Of a stretch of DNA of 64,000 nucleotides, positions 39,401 through 51,424 are shown one piece after another; position 1 is the first letter of the stretch, and every line of letters starts with the position of its first letter. The stretch is from a virus: positions 32,001-96,000 of IMG/VR virus record IMGVR_UViG_3300008516_000204; one strand, 5' to 3'. The translations under genes were made by a program, and so were the position numbers. The notes beneath the pieces are model-generated. The model ran no database searches. It was given only the letters and a program-made list of their open reading frames with translations, and had not been told where the DNA came from.

Positions 39401-41056
39401 ATGAACATAACCAAAATAAAACTACATAACTTCCTCTCGCATAAGAATACCGAACTAAATCTCGACAGGGATGGTTTATATCTTATTCTTGGCAAGAACA
39501 AATTAACTGGGTTATCAAACGGAAGCGGAAAAACCAGTTTGATAGTAGACTCAATAGAATACTGCTTGTTTGGCAGTTCAAACCGATGTATCACCGCTGG
39601 CGATAATCTCATTACCGATAATTTTGATAAGATGTCAGTTGAAATTACCTTTATAAAAAACAATAAGCGTAGTATTGTATTGCGAAAAAGAACACGAGGC
39701 AAATCTACTAAGCTCACCATAAACGGAAAATCTGGCAATAGTATAAAGGAAACGCAACGAGCTTTAGAAAAGATTATAGGAATGAATTATGAGACCTTTC
39801 GACATTCGGTAGGATTTGAGCAAGGTAAAATGAATTCTTTTTCTGAACTTGATCCAGCAGATGCTAAAAAAGTCTTAATGCACATATTGCAGTTGGACAA
39901 ATATGATGGCTACTATAAGAAGGCGAAAGAGCTTGGCGATGCTTTAAAATCCAAGCACAGCGAAATAGAAATGGAACTTTCCCTATTAGAAGATACCACT
40001 GCTTCGCCAAATACTGAAAGTCGCAAAGATACTGAAGATCGCATTAAAGTAGTTCAGAAACAACTCTCCAAGATAGAGAGGGGCTATAAAAGATATTTAG
40101 AAATAGAAAGCCAGCGAGAAAAAATCAAGAAACAAGTAAACGAATTAGAAAGTAAACAATATCACGCTACTCAAGAGATTTCCCGATTAAAAAGAAAAGC
40201 AGGCGACTTCAAACAATTAGGAAAATGTCCAACCTGCCTTCAAGAAGTTGGAACAGATTATAAGAAGGATATTTTAAAGGGTATTCGTGCCGAAGAACTA
40301 AAGCAACAGCAAATTGCAGATAAATTGGATATTCAGACGAGGAAAAAACGAGCTACATTGCCTAAATCCATATCCGATGAGGTAGAACAGTTAAGAGGAG
40401 AAGACAACGAACTACGAGAGGAATTGGGCAACCTAAAGACCAAGATGGTATCCATTGAGGAAACTGCCAAAGAACTTGTCAGAGTCAAAAAGAAGAAAGC
40501 AACCCTTACTCAAAACAAAAAACTCATTTTCAATAAAATGAACGATTATTCGCTTTTAATGGACGCTTTCGGCAAGAATGGGATACAGGTATATATCATA
40601 GACAACATAATCCCCGAAATCCAGAACATCGCTAATGACATAATTGGCAGGATTACCGATTTGCAGCTCAATATGCAAACGCAGAAGGTGCTGAAAAATA
40701 AGAAGGAAGCCGAAACCCTTGATATAATCATATCGGATTCAAGCGGGGACAAGTCTTATTATAATTACTCTGGTGGCGAGAAAACTTTGATTGATTTTGC
40801 ATTGAGGATTGCCCTATCGGTCATCTTGTCGAGACGAAGCGGGACACAGATTGAAACACTGATATTGGACGAGCCATTCGGTAGTTTGGACGCACAGAAC
40901 AAGGCGAAGGTGATGTCGGCGATAAGCTATGTTAAAAATAAGTTTCAGTTTAAGAAAATATTTCTGATTACCCACGATTATGAGTTGCAAGAGAACTGCG
41001 AAAATGTGATTGAGGTTGTTAAGGATAGAACAGGTAGTTTTATCAGGGAGGATTAA
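39401..41056 (+). CDS. sbcC: SbcC/Rad50-like ATPase
   Basis: NFLSH, NGSGKT, CPTC Zn hook, YSGGEK, LDEPFGSLD, ITH. Confidence 0.93.
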   Translation: MNITKIKLHNFLSHKNTELNLDRDGLYLILGKNKLTGLSNGSGKTSLIVDSIEYCLFGSSNRCITAGDNLITDNFDKMSVEITFIKNNKRSIVLRKRTRGKSTKLTINGKSGNSIKETQRALEKIIGMNYETFRHSVGFEQGKMNSFSELDPADAKKVLMHILQLDKYDGYYKKAKELGDALKSKHSEIEMELSLLEDTTASPNTESRKDTEDRIKVVQKQLSKIERGYKRYLEIESQREKIKKQVNELESKQYHATQEISRLKRKAGDFKQLGKCPTCLQEVGTDYKKDILKGIRAEELKQQQIADKLDIQTRKKRATLPKSISDEVEQLRGEDNELREELGNLKTKMVSIEETAKELVRVKKKKATLTQNKKLIFNKMNDYSLLMDAFGKNGIQVYIIDNIIPEIQNIANDIIGRITDLQLNMQTQKVLKNKKEAETLDIIISDSSGDKSYYNYSGGEKTLIDFALRIALSVILSRRSGTQIETLILDEPFGSLDAQNKAKVMSAISYVKNKFQFKKIFLITHDYELQENCENVIEVVKDRTGSFIRED

Positions 41057-43078
41057 ATGAAAATCTATTTCCACAAATATGTCGTAGAATGGCTACTAAG
41101 ATACCTACCAGATATGTTTAGGAGGTATTATCTTGATTATATTAATGCAACAACTTACGAAATGAGGAGGAAAGATGATAATGAAAAGAAACGATAAAAA
41201 GGCTTTGGACTTTTGGAAAAATATTATTTATAAGAATGGAAAATTGGATGAGGAACAAGTATTGAAAGAATTATCTGACTACTATTTTGTTATACAACAA
41301 GTTCCGAAAGTGTATTGCCATATTACAAATGGATTATTATCTAAACTAATGTATAAGGCAGAAACAATTATCTCAATAGCGGATGATTGTATTAGTAAAG
41401 ACTATGTTCATAAAGACGATTTAAGGGAATTAATGAAATGAGGCAGAAAGCACTCAATTTATCGTGGAACGAGATTAGGGAATATGCGAAAAATCTGTAT
41501 TTACAGGCAAAAAGGATTATCAAAATGATTTTGGAAAGGATAAGATAGTGAGAAACCGCAAGCACATTGAAGGCGAAAGAATCCCAGTTTCAGATGTCTG
41601 CCTCAAGGGAGTGGACAGATACGAGTTGGATATAAAAGGCATAAAAAAACTGTTACAACTGAACTTGGAAGTTTTATTGGATCTTAGGGATTTATTGGAA
41701 CGGAGAAAAAAATGATAGACGAGAATAAGATAGGCATACTATTTACTACAAATGGAAAAGATGTATGGAGATTGATAAGTTATTGTGAATATCCCACTGC
41801 TACTTTCGAAAATATTGAAACAAAAGAGCAAACTGGTGGAGCTGTAGGAAACCCTATAGTAAATCAATTTAAGGAATTAGAAATAAAGAAGGAGATAAGG
41901 TAATGAAGAAAGAAACTTATGTCTATTATTACCTAAATGGTAAATATGTTTGCAAAGCTGAACTAAAAGATGTGGATATGAGAAAGGAATAAAATGAGAG
42001 AAATATTGTTTAAATTAGTAGCTAAAAAGATGGATAAGAAAAGGCTTGGTAGTTATGAGCCAGTTAGGTTTAACATAACTTTAGAAGTTCCTCTTTGGTT
42101 TGGGGAATCAATTATTCAGTTAATTAAAGAAAAAGCAAAGGAGGTGAAATAAAATGTTAGGATTTCCAAGAAAAACGAAGCAACCCCAGAAGCCCAGAGA
42201 AGCGAAGGACATTGTGAAAGCGTGCGACAAAGCCCTAATGATAACCGAGAAAGCTGGCGATGTTCAGATTCATGTGCTGAAGAATATCAAATACCGCAAC
42301 GAGGTCAAGGGCATATTACAGGAGGCGTTGGATTCTTACTTAACGAATCCCGTGCTTAATACGCTTCTTAATGTGTTCAAGGGCTTAAGGGGCGAAGTAA
42401 TAGAGTTGAAAAAACTAATTGAAAAGCTAACTGGAGACAAAAATGAAGGAAAAGAAAAAGAGAACAAAAAAGAAACTCCCAAATAAGAGGAAAAGAAAAC
42501 GGTCTAAGAAAGTCGTTAAGCGAATCGGCGTTTTTATTCCTATTCAAGCTGACATCATAACCCAACAAGTCAAATTAGATAAATACATCATTGAACAGGG
42601 ATGTCAAAGACTCGGCATCTTCCACAAAAACATTGACAAGGAAAAAGGGGTTATAGAACTCTACGCCAGAACCCGTCACATAGGCAAATCCAGAGCCAGA
42701 AAAGTGAAACCGATAACAGGAGATTCTTTACAGGCAGAATTAGCTCAAATGGCTGAACGAACCAAAACCAAGCTGATTTTTCCTCTAGCTTAAATAAAAG
42801 AACTTTAAGAAAGGAATGGACTATGGGAATATTAGATGAACTTAGGAATAAGAATCCTAAGAAATTTGCTATCAAGCCTCAATTTTCCTTGGGTGCAACA
42901 TTTTTGGCTGTTGTAATCGGAAAGGTGGTACAGTACACCTTACTGGCAACTATCGGCTACCTTTGTTGGAATTATGTCGTTCCAGCTTTGGGCGGGGTTA
43001 GTTTAACTTTTTGGCAGATTCTCGCCCTCTTAATACTTGCCGAGATATTTATCTATCGAATCTCTGGGACTGGCAGCA

Positions 43079-43561
43079 ATGCGGGATATTGATAAAAAAA
43101 TTAAGAAATTTGAACCACTGATGTTTAAGCTTTTACGAAAGTTTAGAATACCAAAACGAGATTACGACGACTACTTACAGGAATTGAGAATAGCAGCTTG
43201 GAAAGTTATCGAAAAATATGATAAAAAAAGAGGGTTATTAAGTACGATTATGCAAATAAGCCTGGAAAATCGTATCAAAGACCTGCTAAGAAAATCGGAT
43301 AATGAAACCATCTTTCTGGAGGATTTATCACATCATCAAAAAACCAAAGCTTTAAAAGTTAAAACCAATTTTATGGCAAATATTGATATGGACTTTATCA
43401 AAAATAAATTAACCAAATTGGAGAAGAAAATTATCAATCTGCGATTAAAAGGCTTAACGCAATCCAAAATCGGTAAATTACTTAATATATCACAATCGGC
43501 TATACAGCAGAAATGGCAATTAATACTAAAAAAGTTGAAGAAACTAATAAAAAGGAGGTAA
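43079..43561 (+). CDS. Sigma-70 family (ECF-like) RNA polymerase sigma factor
   Basis: Region 2 DD.LQE......W...EKYD..RG; region 4 HTH LT..E......G.TQ..IG..L.ISQ. Confidence 0.85.
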   Translation: MRDIDKKIKKFEPLMFKLLRKFRIPKRDYDDYLQELRIAAWKVIEKYDKKRGLLSTIMQISLENRIKDLLRKSDNETIFLEDLSHHQKTKALKVKTNFMANIDMDFIKNKLTKLEKKIINLRLKGLTQSKIGKLLNISQSAIQQKWQLILKKLKKLIKRR

Positions 43562-43996
43562 CAAATGAGAACATTATCTAATTTAATTGATAAAAAACTA
43601 GAGAAAGATAAACTTGCTAAAGAAACAGCAGAAGCCAAGTTTCAAGTAAAAATGCAAGAGATAGAAAAAAGAATAACTAATCAATTTGAAAAAGCAAAAT
43701 ATGTTACTGGAAAAAGATTGACAATGAGGAAACAACATGAAAGTATGTATTATTTCTCCTTTGATATAGGTAATAAAGAGTGTAGAACACTATATATTTG
43801 TAGTAATGATAACTGGGATACATTAAACATAGATAGTGAATTTAATATTAATTTGTTCAATGCAGCATATGGATATACAGCAGAAGAAATTAAAGTATTA
43901 GGAACGACATTTCAGCTTAAGGACCTAAATAGAATGCTAATTGATTGGTGTAGAATATTAACAGACAAAATAATAAAAAGAAAAAGGAGGTAAACA

Positions 43997-44551
43997 ATGG
44001 GGCGTGGAGGATTTAGACCTGGGGCAGGCAGAAAAAAGGGGAAAAAGGATTCGGTTCTCAGAGAAAAAGTAACCAAATTTCCCAAACCAACTGGCAAGGA
44101 CATAGAAAAATATGCGAACTTTGACAAGCCTATGTATTTGAAAATCTCCAAATATCTCAATAAAGACCAGAAGACTCTGTATAAAAATCTGCTGGTCAAA
44201 TATGAAAGCCCTTTGAAGGCTCTCAAATCGCTTAGAGACGATATGGCGGTTAGGTATAAGGAAGCAAGGATAGCAGAAATTAGTGTTGGGGCAGGGAAGC
44301 TTTCAAGGGCAGTTACAGAATTGGGGGCAGAACTTAGGTCTTTGAACGAGCTTATCGACAGGATTGAATCTGGTCGGCAGGATTTACGGATTAATATTCT
44401 CAATCTGCTTACTTCTACCGATAAAAAAGATATAGGTAAACTTAAGCGACTGAGGGATAGAGTGTTCTCTCTTCCTGAAGAAAAATCAGCAGTAGAGGAA
44501 GCAGAAATTGTGGATGAGGAACAAGATGGAACTGGGGAAAATAATGGATAA
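43997..44551 (+). CDS. Putative terminase small subunit
   Basis: N-terminal GRGGFRPGAGRK motif common in TerS; helical core; acidic tail; upstream of TerL. Confidence 0.5.
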   Translation: MGRGGFRPGAGRKKGKKDSVLREKVTKFPKPTGKDIEKYANFDKPMYLKISKYLNKDQKTLYKNLLVKYESPLKALKSLRDDMAVRYKEARIAEISVGAGKLSRAVTELGAELRSLNELIDRIESGRQDLRINILNLLTSTDKKDIGKLKRLRDRVFSLPEEKSAVEEAEIVDEEQDGTGENNG

Positions 44552-44950
44552 ATTCATACCGATTTGGGAGAATAAGAGATACTCGAAAAAATATTTTATC
44601 GCTGGTCTTAGAGATATAAGAATGTATTGGCAATTTTCTCTATACCCTGGATTTTTCTGGGCAGGAATTCATGGGGTTTGGACTACTTTGAGAGTAATGA
44701 TCGAAGGTAAACCACTAAGATATAAACTGGAGGAATACGATGAAAATCCTACAATCTAAGAAACGAAATAGGATAACCTTACTCAAGGAAGAAATCAAGA
44801 TACTCCAAAATAAGATAAAAAATTACGAGTTCATTATTCAGGAACACGAAAATGAAGCTAATAGATATCGTAAAGCTATTGTTAGTATGCGAAAGAGACT
44901 TCGAAAATTGAAAGGGCAATTAAAGTCTTTAATAAAAAGGAGTAAATAGT

Positions 44951-45046
44951 ATGGTAAAATATTGCCCTAATTGTGGCTTTGTAGTCGTGGAATCGGCTGA
45001 GGCATTATGCCCAAATTGTGGCAAACAATTAGAAGGAATAAAATGA
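44951..45046 (+). CDS. 31-aa zinc-ribbon microprotein
   Basis: YCPNCG...LCPNCG; AGGAG RBS; ATGA coupling. Confidence 0.55.
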   Translation: MVKYCPNCGFVVVESAEALCPNCGKQLEGIK

Positions 45047-46182
45047 TTACAGTTTTGAGTTTATTTGATGGTTTGGGTGGGGCAAGAATAGCTTTGGATA
45101 GATTAGGTATCCCTTGTAAATACTATGCTTCTGAAATAGATAAATATGCTATCAAAATAGCTCTGAAGAATTATCCCGATATTATTCAACTGGGAGATAT
45201 AGCGAATATTAAGACGAAGGATTTGCCACAAATTGATTTATTAATTGGGGGTTCTCCTTGCCAAGATTTGAGTGTAGCTAAAAAGGATAGAAAAGGGTTA
45301 CAAGGTAAAAGAAGCGGTTTATTTTGGGAATATGTCAGACTATTAAAAAAATTGAAACCCAAATATTTTGTTTTAGAAAATGTAAATTCAATGAAAAAGA
45401 CAGATAAACAAATTATTACAAATACTCTGTGTATTGAACCTATTATGATAAATTCAGCCCTATTAACCGCACAAAATAGAAAGAGATTATATTGGACTAA
45501 CATCAAAAATATTCAGCAACCAGAAGATAGGCATATTTATTTAAAGGATATTATAGAAGAAAATGTTGATAGAAAATACTATATTGAAAATATTTCTATT
45601 ATACCATCAATAAAATCAAAGAAAACAAATCTTTTAAACTTTTTAGGAGGCATACGAAATAAAGACTGGGCAAAAGACGGGAAAAAATTTAGTAGAAATT
45701 TTGGGCAGGGGGATAGGGTTTATTCAATAGAGGGAAAATCTGCGACTCTATCTGCTAATGGTGATGGAAGAGGAGCTAAAACAGGTTTATATGTAATTCC
45801 TCATGGATTTGTAAAAAGGCGGTATAAAAAAGTTAATAAATACCCCACTTTATGTGGACAATCCCCTTCATCAAAACATTTAATAGCATGTGTTGCACAG
45901 AGAGGTCGATACAATAAAGATGGTTCTACTTCCCAAAAACTTGAACCAAGATTTGATGGTAAAACAAATACTCTAACCTCTATTCAAAAAGATAATGCAG
46001 TATTAAAAATAGATACAAATAAAAGTTATATTAGAAAATTGACACCCATAGAATGTGAAAGATTACAGGGACTACCAGATAATTATACTGAAGGTGTTTC
46101 TAATACTCAACGATATAAGATGGTAGATAATGGCTTTACAATCGATGTCGTAGCACATATCCTAAAGGAAATGAAAGAATGA
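45043..46182 (+). CDS. C5 cytosine DNA methyltransferase (possibly decaying)
   Basis: SLFDG.GG, GGSPCQ, LENV, AQNR.R, LTP.ECERLQG.PD.YT; motif X has DNG where GNG is expected. Confidence 0.9.
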   Translation: MITVLSLFDGLGGARIALDRLGIPCKYYASEIDKYAIKIALKNYPDIIQLGDIANIKTKDLPQIDLLIGGSPCQDLSVAKKDRKGLQGKRSGLFWEYVRLLKKLKPKYFVLENVNSMKKTDKQIITNTLCIEPIMINSALLTAQNRKRLYWTNIKNIQQPEDRHIYLKDIIEENVDRKYYIENISIIPSIKSKKTNLLNFLGGIRNKDWAKDGKKFSRNFGQGDRVYSIEGKSATLSANGDGRGAKTGLYVIPHGFVKRRYKKVNKYPTLCGQSPSSKHLIACVAQRGRYNKDGSTSQKLEPRFDGKTNTLTSIQKDNAVLKIDTNKSYIRKLTPIECERLQGLPDNYTEGVSNTQRYKMVDNGFTIDVVAHILKEMKE

Positions 46183-48485
46183 AACTCACAATAGTTACAC
46201 CAACCCACAATACCAAATATATCAAAGAGGCATATGATAGTCTACTTGCTCAAACTGACAAAGATTGGCAATGGCTTATTGTGCTAAATGGCGATGCCAA
46301 ATTTTTTGATATCAAGGATAAAAGGGTAAAACAAATTCCCTATCCAAATGCTCCAGTTAGCGTCGGAGCTGTAAAGAATTTCGCCTTCAGCCAAGTAAAG
46401 GAGGGTATTTGCGTTGAACTCGACCACGATGATTTACTCACACCGATCGCAGTCTAGCACATCAAAGAAGCATTTAGAAACACAGAGATAGGATTTGCTT
46501 ACAGCGACTTTGCGGAATTTTTAGATGTGTCTTGGAAGCCTTATACATATGGTTCTCAATATGGGTGGAAAGCCGAGGAAAGACACTGGTATGGGCATAA
46601 ATTTATATCTATGAGAGCATTTGAGCCATCTCCCCATTCTATTGGCAATATACATTTCGGACCAAATCACGTGAGGGCTTGGACAGTCGAGGCATACAAA
46701 AAAGCAGGGAAACACAATCCTGATTATCGAGTCTTGGATGACCAAGATTTAGTTTCAAGGACTTATCTAACGACAAAAATGAAACACATACCAGAGTGCC
46801 TATATTTATATCGCAATTATCCAGAACAATCATTTAGGAGATTTAATCAAGAAATTCAAAGTGGAACTCTTAAATTATATGACAAATACATATTCGACAT
46901 GGCAAAGAGATGGTGTCAATTAAATAATTATCCAATGGTTGATTTAGGTGCAAAGCATGGCAAGCCATTGGGATTTTTCGGGGTTGACTTATATGGAACT
47001 GATATTACTGTGGATTTGAACCAGGAATGGCCATTCAAGGACAGTTCGGTGGGGTTAATACGAGCCAACGACATAATTGAACACCTAAAAGACCCAGTGA
47101 ACACTATGAATGAGGCATACAGGATTTTGGTGGATGGTGGGTGGTTTTTAATCGAAGTTCCCTCGACAGATGGGCGTGGAACATACCAAGACCCTTCCCA
47201 TCGTTGTTATTCTCAAGATACTGAAATACTAACTACAAGTGGATTCAAACTCCTTTCGGAAGTTAAAAAGGGTGAAACTGTTTATACATTTAATAAAACA
47301 AATAATAAAGCTGAAATTCAACCTGTTATTAAAACTCATAAATATAAATATAACAGTCCGATGATTCATTTTAAACAACGAAGCATAGACTGTTTAGTAA
47401 CACCTAATCACAATATGTTTATAGGATCGTCAGATGATATTACTCCTTTCAGATTTAAAAAAGCCGAAAAACTGCTAACTATGAAATCATGTAAAAGAAT
47501 TCCAAGTAATGTTATTTTTGATGGGGATTATCCTGAGTATTTCGAAATTCCAAATTCCCAAAATAAAATATCAACTTATCCAGAAAAAATGAGATTTATT
47601 AATGATAGTGTAAGATTACCTATTAAACCATTTATGGATTTTATGGGATGGTATGTATCAGAGGGCTGGACACATATTGTTACTACTACAGATTCAAGAT
47701 ATAATTGTTACAATATCGGAATTAGCCAAAGTCAAAATGCTAATCCCATAAAATATCAGCAAATAGGACAATGTATTAAAGATTTAGGATATAAGCCACA
47801 TAAAACCAGTAATGGCTGGGGATTTTGTAGCAAATCTCTTGCTTTATGGTTATCTAAACTTGGAAAATCTCACGATAAATATATTCCTATTGCACTTAAA
47901 CAAATGCACCCAGAACTGCTTCAAATATTATTAGAATCCGCTTTATTAGGAGATGGCCATAAAAATGGTAAAACAGGTTACACTTATGGCACCATTTCAG
48001 AGCAACTATCCAAAGATATTCAAGAAATTGCTATAAAATGTGGTTATAAAACAACAGTTAGCAAAGATGCGACTAGAGTAGGAAAACCAGTTTCTATAAA
48101 TCCAGATTATAGAGCAAAGTATCCTATATATCTTGTATATCTTTCTTCACCAAAACAGCGATATTTAACACCAGATAATATTAAGCAAATTGATTATAGA
48201 GGTATGGTATATTGCGTAACTGTCCCAAAAAATAATGTTATATTAACTCGTAGAAATGGTAGAGTAATTTGGGCTGGAAACAGTTTCTGGAATAGCAATT
48301 CATTCTGGTATTATACAGACAGAAAATATGCTAAGTATGTTCCAGCAATTAAATGCAGATTTCAAGTGCAAAGAATATTAAATTACAATCCAACCGAGTT
48401 TCACAAGCAGAATTACATCTGCTATACGAGAGCACATTTAACTGCGATAAAGAATAAGCGATACCCAGGGACGATAAAAATATAA
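46179..48485 (+). pseudogene. GT2 glycosyltransferase + SAM methyltransferase fusion with an intein and an in-frame TAG
   Basis: TPTH, LDHDD, AV*HIKEAF (TAG 46455-46457, same frame as the downstream ORF), DDQDL, DLGA, IEHL, DPSH/SFWN. Confidence 0.82.
47205..48281 (+). mobile_element. Intein (359 aa) with LAGLIDADG endonuclease, in the methyltransferase domain
   Basis: HR|CYSQDTEILT; block B VTPNH; MGWYVSEG and LLGDG; block F VYCVTV; WAGN|S. Confidence 0.92.
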
Positions 48486-48946
48486 TGAAGAAAGCCGATA
48501 TAGACAAAATATGTAATACCAGAGGTTTTAAAGACTGTCTTAAATGTTCTGAATACGATACTTGTGATAATTGTGGCCGTAGAGTTTGTAAATATGTATC
48601 AATAATTATAGCTGATAATTATAATGAGAGAAATGATGAAGAATTATGGTGTAGCTACTGTTGTAAAGAATATGGTTTTTCAAAGCGAGAAATAGAAACT
48701 GGAAGAGTATATTTATAAATAGACTATTAGAAAAATTTAGGGTAGAAAAATGAATGAATATTGGATAGTACATACAAATTGTGATTGTTGTAGTTCTAGA
48801 ACACTTAAAGCAGCAACGAAATGGAAATTTGGTCCAAGGTGTCCTAGTTGTAAAAAAATATTAGGCATAATGCAATATTCAATTCAAAAAATTATAAAAG
48901 CACAAAACTTAGATCATGCTTTTGAAATATGGAGAAATAGTGAAAA

Positions 48947-51424
48947 ATGAAATTAACTAATAAAGAACGAAAACTGTGGTTCCAGAAAATTTTGAGTCGG
49001 CGAGATAACTGCAAAAATCTGAGGGCTTTTGTCTATAATATCTTTGGGGTAAAATTATATTCTAACCAAGTAAAATCGTTGAGAGATTTTTTAGACCCAT
49101 CTATTAAGAAAGTTTTATTTTCATGTGCTCGCCAGGGTGGAAAAACAATGGATATTGCGATTGCTTGTGCAATCATTCCAATATTTTATGATAACATTCA
49201 TATGTATATTTTTGCCCCAAAACAGGAGCAGGCACAAATCAGCTTTGAACGGTTTTCCAGCCTTGTCCATACCAATCCCTATAATATCTATGCTGGCTCA
49301 TTAGCTGTAGATAAGTCAGATAGAATTAAATTCTCAAATGGGACAGAGATTAGGGCTGTAACCGCCTCACGAAATGCGGAAATCGAGGGATTAACTTGCC
49401 ATATCATAGTGCTTGATGAAGCCCAAGCAATATCACCATTTAAGGTGCGAGAATGTGTTTCTGGTAATATGAGGATTCCTTTACCAACTGGTGATTATGC
49501 AACTATGCCTGAAATTATTAAGAAACAACTTAAAGTTATTACTCCTGATGGTCCAGAAAGGCCAATTAGATATTTCAATGCTGGTATAGATATTCTACAT
49601 GCTATTTATTTAGATAATGGGAAAATTTTAAAAGTAAATAAAAATCATAAGCATCTTGTTTACAGCAAAAATTGGAGAGATATAAAATCAGGGGCGGTAA
49701 AGAAATTGAGAACAGATGAGTTAAAAGTTGGTCATCGTTTAGCTGTAGCAGATAAATTACCTTATTTTGGTAACGAGGGTACCTATGACGATGGTCTTAT
49801 AGTAGGTAGTTTTTTAGGCGATGGATCTATTTGTAATGATAAACCAGAATTTTGTGGGTGTCCTAAATTTGTATCTATAATATCATCTGTTATATGGAAA
49901 AAGTATAATTTGAAATTTAAACTTAAGCCAATAAAATCTAAAATTTTGGAAGGCGTATTTACAAATAATAAAGGGGGGAAATGGAATAGTAATCCTTTAA
50001 CAAAATATTTTCGTGATATGGGAATGTGGGGAATGAAAGGCGAATTTAAACAGATTCCTAATAAGCAATGGTCTAAGAAATTTCTTCGGGGTCTAATAGT
50101 TGGTCTTATTGAGACTGATGGTTGTATTAGTCATGTTAAAGAAAAAAAGGGAATTATATCATTTGGTAATATATCCAAAGAATTAGTAATCCAATTGCAA
50201 GATTATTTAGTTAAATTTGGAATACACGGCACCATTTTTCACAAAAAGAATAATAAAGGATTTGGTAAAAATCCTAAACCTTTTTATATTCTATCCATTA
50301 AGGGTATTGAAGATATTCGCAGATTCCATAAAAACTTCCAATTGATTACCAAGCAAAAAGTTTTAAACGAAATTGTTGATAATATGAAAAATAAGTCTCC
50401 AAGAATTTCCAGTAGGCACTATCCTAAAGGAATACGATTTATGCAGATTAAAAAAATTGAACAATCGGAGACAGAAAATGTTTATTGTGTTGAGGTCAAA
50501 AAGCATTTATGGATAGTTGATGGAATTATTACAGGAAATAGCATTTACCCAATGGGTGGAGCGGTTCCTGGCGGGGCTAAAATTATTCAGTGCGGTGTCC
50601 CAGGTGTTCGGGGGACACATTTTCACAAGGCGTTCAAAAATAAGTACGACCAAAAGATTAATCCTTTAGGTTATGTACAACATATCTATCCTTGGGATAA
50701 ATGCCCTATTTTAGACAGAGACTATGTATTGGCAAGAAAGGCAGAAGACCCAATCAGTTTCGCAACCCAGTATGAACTAAGCTGGGAAAAGTCCAATATC
50801 GGAATGTTCTTATCCGAGGAAGATTGGGCACGCTGTATCGTTCATTATGAGCTCAGGGATAAGAAAGGCAAGCCCCTGCGTGGCGAGTTTATGGGCATAG
50901 ACTTTGCAAAATTAAGGGATTCCACTGTCATTACAGAACTGAGGCAAGATCCAGACCATCTTGAGCAGTTTTATGTAGTAGGCTGGTGGGAACTCTCTGG
51001 GGTGGACTACGCCTCACAGATAGGTTTTATTAAGAACTTATGGCACAATGAGTTAAAGCAGATATATGCTGATAAATCATCTGTAGGAGAAGGGCCTTTG
51101 GATGTATTAAGGCAGACAGGCATGCCCATTGAGGGCTTTAATTTCGATATTCAGCATAAGGATAAATTATACAAGAACTTGGCAAACTTCATCCAAAAAG
51201 GGCAGATACACTGGCCAGCCTCGACTCCAAGAGGCTTTGAAAAGGAATATGCACATTTTAAGCAACAGATGATGGAATTGGAAAAGGAGTTCAAGCTATC
51301 GGGACTTATCTCTGTCCACCACAATTTGGATGATTCTCTGGGGAGAGATGATTTTCCCGATTCGATAGCTCTGGCTGTATGGGCAGCTACTCACTTTATT
51401 GAGCCTTCGGCATATACTGCATGA
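48947..51424 (+). CDS. terL: Terminase large subunit with intein
   Basis: Walker A ARQGGKT, Walker B IIVLDEA, F..QYE, GIDFAK..DST, DDFPDS. Confidence 0.92.
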   Translation: MKLTNKERKLWFQKILSRRDNCKNLRAFVYNIFGVKLYSNQVKSLRDFLDPSIKKVLFSCARQGGKTMDIAIACAIIPIFYDNIHMYIFAPKQEQAQISFERFSSLVHTNPYNIYAGSLAVDKSDRIKFSNGTEIRAVTASRNAEIEGLTCHIIVLDEAQAISPFKVRECVSGNMRIPLPTGDYATMPEIIKKQLKVITPDGPERPIRYFNAGIDILHAIYLDNGKILKVNKNHKHLVYSKNWRDIKSGAVKKLRTDELKVGHRLAVADKLPYFGNEGTYDDGLIVGSFLGDGSICNDKPEFCGCPKFVSIISSVIWKKYNLKFKLKPIKSKILEGVFTNNKGGKWNSNPLTKYFRDMGMWGMKGEFKQIPNKQWSKKFLRGLIVGLIETDGCISHVKEKKGIISFGNISKELVIQLQDYLVKFGIHGTIFHKKNNKGFGKNPKPFYILSIKGIEDIRRFHKNFQLITKQKVLNEIVDNMKNKSPRISSRHYPKGIRFMQIKKIEQSETENVYCVEVKKHLWIVDGIITGNSIYPMGGAVPGGAKIIQCGVPGVRGTHFHKAFKNKYDQKINPLGYVQHIYPWDKCPILDRDYVLARKAEDPISFATQYELSWEKSNIGMFLSEEDWARCIVHYELRDKKGKPLRGEFMGIDFAKLRDSTVITELRQDPDHLEQFYVVGWWELSGVDYASQIGFIKNLWHNELKQIYADKSSVGEGPLDVLRQTGMPIEGFNFDIQHKDKLYKNLANFIQKGQIHWPASTPRGFEKEYAHFKQQMMELEKEFKLSGLISVHHNLDDSLGRDDFPDSIALAVWAATHFIEPSAYTA
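49454..50539 (+). mobile_element. Intein (362 aa) with LAGLIDADG endonuclease, in TerL
   Basis: RE|CVSGNMRI; N.NH; GSFLGDG and GLIETDG; VYCVEV; ITGN|S. Confidence 0.92.

Noticed and set aside
14852-46457. Genome-wide stop-codon reassignment (TGA=Trp or TAG=Gln)
   Set aside because: The three internal stops are three different codons. TGA and TAG end complete genes (map, pepA) and ATGA couplings are common. Coding density is already high under code 11.
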